This document shows, piece after piece, positions 51,993-64,000 of a stretch of 64,000 nt of DNA (the first letter of the stretch is position 1; every line of letters starts with the position of its first letter). The DNA is taken from contig NC_057734.1 in assembly GCF_004010195.1 (NCBI RefSeq), positions 41,007,904 through 41,071,903 of the forward strand, in the 5' to 3' direction. Made by a program: the position numbers and the translations under genes. The notes under the pieces are model-generated. The model had not been told where the DNA came from and did no database searches. It was given only the letters and a program-made list of their open reading frames with translations. Source of the stretch: Chiloscyllium plagiosum (Eukaryota).

Positions 51993-54045
51993 CTAAATTT
52001 AAATTGGGTAAATCTCTCCTCTCCAGTTTAAATCCAATTGGAAATTAGGAATTGATTGCCTCAGCGGTGCTCAGATTGGTGGATATCCAAGACAACAATG
52101 GCAAAAACTGAAGACATACACAATTACTCTTTGCCTTGGGTCTAGTAACTTGCCTAATAGTTAAGAATGGAGAAATTAGCGATATAGCGTGGTTATGTAA
52201 AGACTTTTAGATAAACTTCAATCTGACAGAAGAATAACTGCAAAACAGGTAGCTTGAACAACACTATGCAAGAGATTGAAAGTGCAAAAAAACCTTATTT
52301 TCCAGGAAAGGAGGAAGATTGCATTTTGCAAAAACCCTAGTAAGTGAAATCAAAGACTACTTCACTCACTGTGACAATATTCTTTCTCAAATAAATGGAG
52401 AACAGAATCTGAAAGTGATTATCCTTTCTGAAATGTTCTGAAGATATTCAAACTTTGAGGATCAGCATCCACTCAACTAATTAACACATTTCAAAATTAA
52501 TACAACTTAGATTTCACTTGTACAAAACATGTACTGGTGTGTGAATTGAGGCCAAATGCTCAAGTTTTCTAATTAACACCAACCAAAGGTGTCAGAACCA
52601 AGATACATTCGGGATGACAGACAGCTTAATAGATGAAATTCAATGCAGATCAAGTAGTGCACTTTGTATGCAAGGAAAGAAGTAGAGAAACAAACAGGAC
52701 CTTGCTACGCAGATACAGACTATAAAGGCATATGGAATTTGTAGTGGTGCATCCAGGAGCACAAATTACAAAATAAAGTTTTAAATGGAACTTTTACAAG
52801 ATCTTTTTAAGGCTGTTGGTGGTATTGTGTAGCAAGAACCTCTTAGGATTTTACATGGTATGACCTGATAGTGAGATTAAGGGTTATTATACATAACTAT
52901 AGATTGACCAGAAGGCAACAGCAAAATATTGACAGTGATAGAGTGAGCAGGAGAGGGAGATAAAGCTGCATGGTTTGTGAAAAAATACAGTCACTAACTT
53001 CACTGATTGAATGTCTTATTTTTAAAAGTGTTATTCTATAAACTAAACTCCACAGTGAACAGTTAAGTGTACTTCCAAACCATCATTAACTGAAGGAAAA
53101 TAGGAGAAGGGGTTCAGAAATCAATGGTATTTGAGGTACAGTAATTTATTCAAGTTTCCCAAAACAACTTCCTGTCAGTGTTCATTGGGGCCAGACATAA
53201 ATAAAAGCAGCCAAATATTGGCAGTTCATGTATTCTGTTCAGATCTGGAGAAATATCAATGGAAATAAAAATTATAACAATAGTAATGTTTTAATTACAA
53301 TGTAATCAAATGCTATTTTCATGAACCAAAATATTTCAACAGTTTCCTTTTATACCAAAATGCAAATTATTCCAAATAGCCACATTCATTAGGTATTGAA
53401 TAGCATTAGATTGTTGTGGAAGAGTCTAATCAGATACTAACCAACCTTAAAAAAAAAAGTATGACAAATAAAAGTTTTATAGGTTATAGTTGCTTAATTC
53501 AGCTCCTTAATTCAATTACTGTTTCCATAACCTAATTACCACCCTACTCAGGAGGGGTCAAATGCACAAGCTTAGCCAGTGTTGAAGGAAAGCTACAATG
53601 AGAAAAGCAAAGTGGTTTTAAATTTCCAATTGCATAAAACAAATTTAGTTGCAGGTGGGAATCTATTACAATTGAGCAACGCTTAGTTTAGTTTCAGGCA
53701 GACTTGCTGTAAAAGTCACCAAAGTCCTACCAAAATGATATACCTTCTCTCAGAGGGGCAAATGGTATTGGTTTAACCAGACGGTCACCATACCACAGGC
53801 AAGGGGAGAGGTTGAGAAGGTCAGTCCTTCATGGTAACCACAGCTGTTGTGAGAATATAGCCCATGCTGGTGGCATCACTCTGCCTTGCCAGCTAGGCAA
53901 GTGAACTAACTTACCCCCAGACTTGCTCAGTCTACCAACTGCTGTTTTTTGTTACTAAATCAGATCAAATCCGAAAAGGACAAAGCTTGACTTTGATTCC
54001 TAAGCATGTTCAGTACTTCTCTATGGTAGAAAACCATGCTCTCAC

Positions 54046-54177
54046 CTTCTTGATGTAAGCTGCTATGTCTTTCTCAATGTTGTACTTCTCTAATGCCTGG
54101 GTAGCACATTCCACAGCTTCCTGCTGCATGTCTTCAGACATGTCAGCATTCTTGATGACAGCTTTTCTTTCAGACAT
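54046..54177 (-). CDS. DYNLL1: Dynein light chain LC8, first coding exon (exon acceptor at 54184)
   Basis: [44 protein letters not shown]; GTGAG donor. Confidence 0.95.
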
Positions 54178-55980
54178 TGTTTACCTGACAACAAAAAAAA
54201 AAATCCAAGTAATGAAATCAATCAACTGCACTAATCTAGAATGGAATCAATAAAAATGTAAATCATGTATTTAAAAGTATATTAGAGGCAGTCAAAATCA
54301 ACAGAAGTTAGAAAGTCCCACTAAATGGAGAACACAGATGAATATTTCAGACAAGGATCCTTCGTTTCCAAAATAAATTGTTCGCTATATTGCTGTTTGT
54401 TTTAAACAGAATGTTTTTTGTACTTCGAAACAGGATTTTAGTATATTTACAGTTTAATCCTATCAGATTCCCAACACACCAGGAACATAAGAGCACACAA
54501 GAAATGGTATAGAAAATGTGAAGTGGTTAAGCCTCAATCCAATTTTTTTTTTGGAAACTGAATTACTCTTCCAAACTAACATTTACAACACCATCTACTT
54601 CCAGTCTCACTTCAAGCAACAACACATCCAACTCTGCAAGTTATCCTTAAACTGCTCTTTCCTCCTTTATCACAAGGATTCTTTAAAATAATGTCATATT
54701 AATCTCCTTTTCAAGTTTTTTTTTGAAGTGTTTTCAAATTTTGTTTGATAATGCTATTCTGAAGGACTTTGAATATTTTACTTTAAAAAACTGTTGCTGA
54801 GCCAGTCTGAAAATGCAATTACTAAATTTTCATCTGCCAATTAAGCAAAGCCCTTAATATAGGTTTAACAGAAAACCTGGACAGAAAATTCAATTTAAAA
54901 AGTCTACACACTTGAATAACTCATACAACCAAAATTCTCTTCCAAGTTCTCTGTATGGGCATCTAAATTTCTTAATTCATTTTTAATGTTTCATTCCTTA
55001 TTTCTCTCAATTTGGTACTACGGCAAGTTAAATATTGCTGGTAAAATAAAAACTTTCGACAAAGCTTTTTATCTTGCGTCCATTAGGACGATTCAGAAGA
55101 AACACCAAAACTAAAAAGGGGGAAAATGATTTTTGATATTTTTTGTGAATTGCCCCAATACAAAAAGCTTCAGCAAAAGGAGGTCTGTTATACATTTTTG
55201 TTTTAAAAAAAATAGTTCACAATTTACTACATTTTGTGGACTGTTTCCATTGAAAGACATTAAAAATCTAGCACATTGCCATTGTGTGTTTGGGGAGAGA
55301 AGGCAAAGAGAAAGAGAAAAAAAATAAATGAAAAAAAAAGGAGGAGCAAGAGTGAGCAGAGATTTAAAAACAAGAAAATACTCAGCAAGTTTGGCACCAG
55401 TTACAGAAGACAAAAACAAAAAGGGTTAATGCTTCAGGTTGTGACCTTTCATCAGAAGCGGATCAGAGAAGGGAGGGAAAGAGGGAGCTGGATGTGGAGA
55501 GAAAGGGAGTGGTGGAGAGAAATAAAAGGAGGGGAGGGGAGGGGAGATGGAGGGAGGCGGCCAGCCGAAGATTAATGCCCGTTTGCTCAGTCCCAGTCCA
55601 GCTCGACCAGGGCAGGCTGGCGACGATCTGCAACTCCTTGCGGCCATCAGTCGGTTGCTGGATGAATCCCGATAAAGCGAAGAGATCCGGGACTCAGCAT
55701 CTCCCGCCCAAAAGACAAAACAAATTCGCGCATCGCTCTCTGAGAAAACAAAACGGTCTCGGCGGCAGTCGGCGTCGTCGCTTTTGAAGGGAGGGAGCGG
55801 ACAAAGAGAGGGAACACCGTAACCATCGCCCCATCCCGCCCTCCGGGGCATTCTTTTCGCACCGAGTCTCTTTAACGGTTTTTAAATTTTTTTCTTTGAT
55901 GCCTGAAGCCGCCCTAACAACAAGGCAATCCCCAGTGATCGCGCACGACTGGACAGGGGCGTGCGTGCCTTGAGACTCAC

Positions 55981-56330
55981 TTCTAGTGGTACGGTAGCAA
56001 CGACACTGGGAAACGTCCGGAGCCTCAGCCCTGTCTCCGACTCTGTCCCGGTCCCGCTCCCGAGCAACCGAGTACAGCCAGCTCCCCCCCGCGGGCACCG
56101 TCACATAGCGGCAACCCAGCACCCAGGCCCCACCCCCCCGACCGTCACCACCTCGGCTCCCATTGGTCAGCGCACGCCTCCTCCGCCCACCCATTGGCCC
56201 GGACCATCAATAACCCCGCCGCTCCTTACCCCCGCGTTTTGTTTCGGACCAGCAGGCAGCGCGCCCGCCGACCGCCGCGTGTGGGTGATGGGAGGGGGCG
56301 GGGCGAGTGTCTTAGCAACCGGCGGCTGCT
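55981..56330 (-). promoter_or_regulatory. DYNLL1 non-coding exon 1 and CpG-island promoter
   Basis: Donor AA|GTGAGTC at 55981/55980; two CCAAT boxes (~56162, ~56193); GC boxes; CpG-rich 55550-56400; TSS not defined. Confidence 0.7.
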
Positions 56331-56859
56331 TCCATTTATTTATTTACCCATCCACTCAGCGACCGTCGTCCGCCGCCTGAATCAACCTGAACCTGTGAGG
56401 GAAGCATTGCTTTCGAATATCTCCTGCTGCAGGTGACCATAGATAGGGGTTAAACCCCCTAAAATGGTTTATAATGAATGCCAGTGATGCGAATGGTGGG
56501 GGGAAGTGCTGTCCTGGTGCAACCAAAAAAAAATCATCTTAACAAACCCATTGGGGAACATAAGGTCAAATAAATCAACCAGGCAGGGACTCCCTAAATG
56601 TAGTTTACTAAATCACCAATAGTTTTCACCCCAACTTAAAATCTTTACCCACACTTTAGGTCATTAAAACTGCAAACAAAACTTGTTGGCAATATACAGT
56701 ATTTCTGGAAAATAGTTTATGAATTAACTGTCAGCCTTGTCTAGGCGTACCATCTCAAGCCAAGATGTTTGTGTAAAGACCTGCGTTTAATCTAACAAAG
56801 TCTGGTGTTGCAATCAATGTGCTGCACTGTTAGAGATGTTTTTTGGAATGGATGTCTGT

Positions 56860-59140
56860 CCCTACCTGTTGTCTTGGATGGCAGGCTCTCACTAATGAGT
56901 ATGATTGTCCACCTAGGAAGTTCAGTGTCACTGATCTTAGGTTCCTTGGGTGCTTAGGCCAATGAGTCCAATCCTAGAGCCATATCTCCAACCACGGTGG
57001 CACAGTGGTTAGCACTGCTGCCTCACAGCAACAGAGACCCGGGTTCAAATCCCGCCTCAGCTGACTGACTGTGTGGAGTTTGCACATTCTCCCTGTGTCT
57101 GCGTGGGTTTCCTCCGGGTGCTCCGGTTTCCTCCCACAGATGTGCAGGTAAGGTGAATTGGCCATGCTAAATTGCCCGTAGTGTTAGGTAAGGTGTAAAT
57201 GTAGGGGTATGGGTGGGTTGCGCTTTGGCGGCTCGGTGTGGACTTGTTGGGCCGAAAGGCCTGTTTCCACACTGTAATGTAATCTAATCTAATGTGATTA
57301 GTAATCTAATCACACATCTGGCAGGTTTTTCCAGGAAGTGGAATTGGACCCTGGCCTTGACATCATTGGCATTTATTTCTCCGGCTCCTTCTCTGTGCTT
57401 TGTCTTGCCGCTGCTGGGTGTTCCCAAAGAACTGTGATTGCCACCTTGCCTTTTCATGGATTGTCACCTTGATGTGCTGGAGAGGCTTGAGTGTTCAGTT
57501 GATCCCAAGAACGATGCTATCAGGGTCATCCATGATGGTAAGGTCAGAGGGGAGGAACCAGATAAACCACAATCCCAAACAAGTCTTCAATGGCGATCCA
57601 GGTGGAAGACACATATGTAATATCACCGGCTTCGTAGGCAGATGAAGGCTACAGCAGTAGGGAGATGATTTCCTTGGCAAAGGAACTGGATCTACCTTCT
57701 GTCAAGGACTATGTGTCTGCTGATGTACAACAACATTCCCAAGTTAAAAGATGTCCTGCACAAGAGGAATTCAATACCTTCCCTCTGACAATACACACAG
57801 ACATAACACAAGCCCTCCAATGAGAGGTGATAGGGACAGAATTGTGAGATCTGGGAGTCCCTAGCATCTGACTGGCAGATAGGCAGTAGAATTTGGCTCA
57901 GTTGTTTCGCTCATGGATAAGGCACAGGAGAGCATTTTGTCAGCTTTCTTCACAATGGGCAGTCCTCTTCAGTTGACTGAAAAATAGTCTGTTCCATCAT
58001 CAGCCTGGTTGGTAAATCACATCCAGTAGGCTCATCTACCTCCAATCTGAAAACCAACATGAAATTCAATCGGAACCTGGAATGTAAGAATCCTTATTGC
58101 TATGAGAAAAGTATTTGTCTAGAACAAAGAACTGTCCTTATTGCCCATGAACTCAGACACTTCAACACAGATATAACTGCCCTACAGGAGATTTGAAGAG
58201 ATGGTAAAGGGCAGCTGATTGAAGAAGGTGGTGGTTACATCTTCTGAAGAGGAAAACCTGAGGATCAACCTCGAATGTATGTAATTAAATTCACTGTCAA
58301 GAACAAACTTGTCGACCAACTCTTTGGGCTCTCTATTGGCATCAACAATTGCCTCATGACTTTCTATCTACAACTTTCCATGAACCAATAATCAAGTGGC
58401 TAGACTTAACTCTTGATGCCGTAGATGAATCCAAGGAAGGTTTCTCCTCCACCCTGGATAACAAACTCATCAACATCCCTAAGGAAAATATAATTATTCT
58501 CCTTGTAGACTTCAACACCAGAATTTGAAAGAATGCTCAACTCTGGAAAGGAACCTTCAGAAAGAAAGGATTTGGGAATATGCATCACCAATGGCATTCT
58601 TCTACCAACCAAATGTGTGGAATACCAGCTGGTTTTCACCAAAAAGGTAAGTTCAAGACTTCTTGGGGTATCCATAATCAAAGTACTGGTATATGATTGA
58701 CAATTATCATTCAATCCCAGCTGCAAAAGGTTGTCCTCATTACCAAAGCAATGGCCAGTGTAGACAAGTGCTGGTCAGACCATTAGATCATCCACTTCTC
58801 AATGTCCACCAACTGCCACCAGAAGCAGCTGAAGACAAAAAAAAACAGTTCAGAAAAAAAGCTCACTGTTGAGTGACTTCAAGAGTCAAGCAGACTTGCG
58901 AACTTCCATCAATGTCTTCACCAAAATCTCTGAAGAGTTCATTATAATGGATTGGAGAAAATCTGAAAAGAGCTGACGACGGCCATTATTTCATGCAGTG
59001 AAAACAAATTATTTACTTCAAGACCAGAAAATACCAAGACTGGTTCAGCAAGAATGACCACATCATCTAAGATCTCATTGACAGAAAGAAGAGAGCTTTC
59101 CGTGTGGGCCAAAACAACATGACCAGCAAGGCAAAGAGGA
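56860..59140 (+). mobile_element. Decayed RTE-clade LINE (5' region and APE), interrupted by an HE1 SINE
   Basis: ~58075-58260 reads WNVR..RTVLIAHELRHFN.DI.ALQE..GQL.EEGGGY across frameshifts. Confidence 0.65.
56993..57310 (+). mobile_element. HE1-type tRNA SINE, full length
   Basis: A box TGGCACAGTGG, B box GGTTCAAATCC, (aatct)n tail. Confidence 0.9.
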
Positions 59141-59877
59141 TCTTGTAGCACTTTTTGTAGGTATTATCCAGGCATACAGTTAGTTAGTCCTTAACCAAAT
59201 ATTGTAACTGAAATAATCTGGATATTTTTCTCATTGCAGTTTATCTGGGACCTTGATCTACACAAGTTAGCTGTCACAATTTGCTATATTACAGTACATT
59301 GTGATTCATTGACTGTGAGGCTATTGGGATGGGGTTTCCCAAAGTACGGGTCAGGGTCACAAGTAGGTTGCAAGCTCCAATGCAGCAGTGACCAATGCGG
59401 AGCTCTGCCTGACTTATAACAGCTGCCTTCCCACTCTAACAGCTCGGCCCCCCATTTTCACATTACCTCCCATTCCCCATCTTGTCCTCCTTCCACAGTT
59501 ATTACAGAGAAATAGTGATCAATTTCAAGCCTCAAATTGGGTGGCAGCATGAAAAAGCATTGAGTTAGGAAAGCGTTATAAGAATGCAGATTTCATTTTC
59601 ATTGTTTTGGGTAGAGACCTGAAATTGAACAGATTAAAAGAAATTCTAGTCTGATTCCGAACAAGGACTGAGCTCTAAATTTTGATGTTATCTGTTCTCT
59701 ACCAAGATGCTGCCTAATATATTTTTACCAGTATTATTGGCAGGTTGTTTTTTACTCTTTATTAAAGTGAATGTTCATAGTATTAGAAAGTTTTTAGAAA
59801 GGTTCCCCACCCAAAAGATTAACTGTATTGTTCTTACCACAGATACTACTTGACCTGCACAGTGCTTCTAACATTGT

Positions 59878-60540
59878 TTAGAGTCATAGAGATATACAGC
59901 ATGGAAACAGAGCCTTCGGTCGAACTTGACCATGCCGACCAGATATCCCAACCCAATCTAGTCCCACCTGCCAGCAGCCGGCCCATATCCCTCCAAACCC
60001 TTCCTGTTCATATACCTATCCAGATGCAATTGTACCAACCTCCACTACTTTCTCTGGCAGCCATTCCACACACACATATCATCCTCTGCATGAAAAAGTT
60101 GCCCCTTAGATCTCTTTTATATCTTTCACCCTCACCCTAAACCTATGCCCTCTAGTTCTAGACTCCCCCACCCCAGGGAAAAGACTTTGTCTATTTACCC
60201 AACCATGCCCCTCATGATTTTATAAATCGTTTTAAGGTCACCTCTCTGACGCTCCAGGGAAAACAGCCCCAGTCTATTCAACCTCTCCCTTTAGCTCAAA
60301 TCCTCCAACCCTGGCAACATCCTTGTAAATCTTTTCAAGTTTCACAGCATCCTTCCAGTAGGAAGGAAACCAGAATTGCATGCAATATTCCAAAAGTGGC
60401 CTAACAAATATCCTGTACAGCTGCAACATGACCTCCTAACTCTTGTACTCAATACTCTGACCAATAAAAGAAAGCATACTAAGCTGCACTTCAAGGTCTC
60501 TTTGTTCAGCAACACTCCCTGGGACCTTACCATTAAACGT
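59878..60540 (-). mobile_element. CR1 LINE 3' end
   Basis: Reverse complement of 10850-11590 with deletions. Confidence 0.85.
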
Positions 60541-60557
60541 ATTTCATTTAAAGTTAC

Positions 60558-61512
60558 TGTAGGATCTCATGATTCTTAGAGCGAGTCCAAGTTTGTGGTA
60601 AATTCAGGTAACCTTTATTGCAACGCAACTTTATTACAGCTTTAGATCTCCAGAGCAAAAAGGCACACTTTCAGTTTCGGAATATCTTAATTTATACAGT
60701 TCAAGCTTAGAGCACACACGACCCCCAAGCTCCCTCCCTTTTGCATACTGTTGGTCAGCAGAGTTGAGTTATCCAACTGGATCTTTGGTACAGCATTTTA
60801 TATCAGCAATTAGCCTCAGCAATTCAGACTGCTCTGTTTGTACACAGTTTAACCATTGATAGTAACTTCCAGTCTTTAACCCGACAGAAATTCTGCTGCA
60901 CTCAGCAATTTCAATTTACAATAGCTTGTGTATTCCCTGTCATTTACCATATCTGAAATTTTGGTTGCTTTTTGTTCATGTCAGTTCCTTTTCTTCAATT
61001 TTCTCTCTTTCCCAAAGTCATTGAAAATCATTGGGATTCAAGTTCAGTTCAATGTCCCTTGCACTTCAGTAGGGTCCCTGATTCATTTTGTTCTTAATAT
61101 AATTCAACGACCTAATGTTGCATCTAATTGTAGGGCAGCAACAACTATTACAACTGATTTCAAACAATCTCAGTGCTTACTTGGGATTGAATCTAAGAAC
61201 TGCCTTGTGTGCCAAGCTCACTATAATAGGGTTATAATATGTTTACTTAATTTTATGCTTGCAATTTCTCAACCGATATTTGGCTTTTGGTTTTGGAAAG
61301 GATGTTTAGTCAACATGTTCCATTGGTCATTGATTCTGAAACAGAACTTCTCAATGTCTCAAGGTACCACACCTAGTCAGGTTGATGACAATGCAGGCCA
61401 CACATCATACAATCACCTGGTAGGCCCCACCAATGCTTTAATCAGAAGAAATGGTGGTATGCAAATCTTCAGGGAGTGTCTGAAATAGGCACAAACCACA
61501 ATTTTTTGTGCA
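60558..61512 (-). mobile_element. Possible LTR-like insertion (right boundary uncertain)
   Basis: TG start, minus-strand AATAAA (~60614, ~60630) and TATA (~60690); candidate TSD ttac. Confidence 0.3.
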
Positions 61513-63214
61513 TTACATTTTTGAAAGATAAAACTTATAAACTAAACTTTTTAACCTACATAGATTTACCCACTTGTCAGCAATTTTAAAAGACTTTAAA
61601 TAAACTTTGGATCTGTTATTCTTCTACCTTAACAAAAAAAATTGCTGACTTGTTAACATCAGAGTCAGTCTACCAAATCTGCTGCAGGGCAATTTAAAAA
61701 CTCTTGACAGTCTTTTACTTGTTTGAGACACATACTATAACCTTTTGGTGGGGCCCAGATATAACCTGTTGTTGCCTATTCTAACATGTAAGGAGGGACA
61801 TATCAAAAGCTTAAGCTGACCATATAGCAGCTGCATTGAACAAACTGTACAATTAATTCCCCATTAGAACAATTTTAATGTAAGTGATGCTGAGTTGGCT
61901 AGATAAAAAATTCAAGATTCAAACTTTAATTACACCAAAAACATCGATTTGCATTTACAAAGCACCTTTAACATAGTTAAAATCATCTCCCAAGGCATTT
62001 CACAGTTGCCATTATCAAATAAATTTTGACATCAAAGCTCATGAGAATGTATTAACATATGTCACCAAAAGTTTGGTAAAAGAGAAAGATTTTAAGGAGG
62101 TAAGAGACACAGAGAGGTTGAAGATGATAATAGAACTAAAAGATAAGACAGCTGAAGGGACAACTAGTAGAATGATGGGAATTGGATGTGCAAGAAGCCA
62201 GATGTAAACGAATGCAGAGAACTCAGAGTTGTAGGGTTGGAGTAGGTTGGAGAGAGAGGCAAGGTCATGGGAGGCTTTTAAAACAAGCAAATAATTTTGA
62301 AACTAAGGCATTACAAAATACTTTTAGTATTACTTCAGTAGATTACGCCTAGTACTGAACAAGAATTAGGAAACTCGTGATCAATGGTGCAGAAGAGGAA
62401 AACCATTTTGATTTAATTACTTTAGAAAGGATGTGAATGTGTGGAGTAGACAGCCTGGAAATCAGGGAGGACAAATTATGTCAGTAACCTCAAAAGGGAA
62501 CTTGATGGATGTTTAGCAAAGCAGGCAAATAAGGAAATTTCAGAAGTAGAAAATTGCATGAAATTTTCTGCAAAGAATCATATATAGTAAGGCTTCAGTC
62601 CATATAGGCAAATACAAAGCATACTTGATTATGAGAGTGAAATTATTATTTTGGTTGCAAGTAAAGTATCTGGAGTGAGTTGAAATCACACAAAGTAAAT
62701 TCATAAGCCAGCAGCAATATGGAGAAACGATATCATGTACAGTCCTAATGCCCCATTGTTACAAAATCAATGTTATTCTACCTGATTCAGGAATCCAAGC
62801 AGCATGACAAATACATTCCTGCTTTTATGAGAAAGACCAAAAAATTAAATGGCATCCCTGATAGCAAGTGGGCGAGTTAACTGCTTTTATCACCAGCAGC
62901 AGTTTTGGCAAGAAATGTGACCATTCCTGTTGTGACAATGTTTGCTTTGATTTGACAAAAATGATGTCGAAATGTGTAACAACTAAGAATAAAAACAAAA
63001 TAGTTTTCATTGTCTGGCAGAACAACCCAAGGTTGCAATTCTAGAAGGGTGTACTCCAAAAACTCAAGACAGACACCCAAAGACTAATCCGGAAGGGTAA
63101 TGGACATGCAATTGGAAGAGATGACCTGAGAAATTCAACAATATGACGTGCAAAGCTGTATGAATCCACCAGGAAAATCTAACGATCAAGGTCAATTGAC
63201 AAAATCCCCTTCAT

Positions 63215-64000
63215 TCACAGGATGACTGTATCAGTGCTGCCTTGTGCTCTCATGAGGAGCTTGAACAGTTCGTTCACCACACCAATACGTTCCATCCCTA
63301 CCTCAAATACACTTGGTTCATCTCCAACACCTCCCTCCCCATCCCGGACTCTCCGTCTCCATCTCTGGTGACAAACTACACATTGAAACCTACTACAAAT
63401 CTACCAATTCCCACAGATTGCTTGACTACACCTCCTCCTACCCCCACTCCTGTAAAAACATGAGCCCCTACTCTCAATTCCTCCAACTCTGCCGTATCTG
63501 CTCTCAGGATGAACAATTCTATTCCAGGACATCCTAGATGTCTCTTTCATTTCCCACACTTCTGCCCTTGAACTCACCCCTTCTAACCCTAACAGAATCC
63601 CCCAGGTCCTCACATTCCACCCCACCAGTCTCCAAACTCAAGGCATCATTCTTCGCCACTTTTGTCACCTTCAGTCAGACCTCACCACCAAAGACATATT
63701 TCCCTCCCCACTTCTATCTGCATTCCATAGGGAGCATTCCCTCCGCGACTCCATCGTTAGGTTCACAACCACACCAACTCCCTCTCCACTCCTGTCACCT
63801 TCGCCTGCTGCCATAAGAGGTACAAAACCTGCACCCATACCTCTCCCCTCACCTCCGACCAAGGTCCCCAAGGATCATTTCAAATCCAGTAGAGATTTAA
63901 TTGTATATTCTCCAACCTCAGCTTTGTATCTGGTGCTCTCAATGTGGTCTCCTCTAAATCGGACAGACCAAGCACAAAGTCGCAAGGTTCAGGGAACACC
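63215..64000 (+). mobile_element. Decayed Penelope-like element (RT C-terminus to GIY-YIG), cut by the window end
   Basis: DDCISA..ELEQFVHHTNTFHPYLKYT, YYKSTNSHRLLDYTSSYPHSCK; CSQCGLL*IGQT near the end. Confidence 0.8.

Noticed and set aside
55426-56436. Many overlapping ORFs at the DYNLL1 5' end (and similarly at 11900-12800)
   Set aside because: Expected by-products of GC-rich CpG islands.
60928-61488. 186-aa ORF as a gene
   Set aside because: Non-ATG start, no recognisable domain or splice structure, and the opposite-strand frames are full of stops.
56200-64000. SRSF9, expected next to DYNLL1 from human synteny
   Set aside because: No RRM-coding exon found in this interval.

Overview
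Vertebrate genomic DNA, most likely a cartilaginous fish (inferred from HE1-type SINEs, CR1 LINEs and the gene sequences). It holds three spliced genes in the order seen at human 12q24: RNF10 (minus, first six coding exons; the rest lies left of the window), COQ5 (plus, complete, 7 exons, 316 aa) and DYNLL1/LC8 (minus, complete, 89 aa). Introns and intergenic DNA are rich in transposons. The most notable signals are: (1) several families of Penelope-like elements (PLEs) and ~180-210 bp TSD-flanked fold-back mini-elements built around minimal hammerhead ribozyme cores, two of them with intact cores; (2) a 4 kb two-LTR endogenous retrovirus with a tRNA-Ser PBS and 5-bp TSD that carries only a possible Gag stub and a decayed gamma-type env; (3) a ~3.2 kb APE-RT LINE whose 5' end is a tRNA-like A/B-box SINE head, with short head+tail derivatives nearby; (4) a short uORF plus an overlapping uORF in the RNF10 leader. 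All calls were made by eye with no database searches, and repeat boundaries are approximate unless a TSD is cited.
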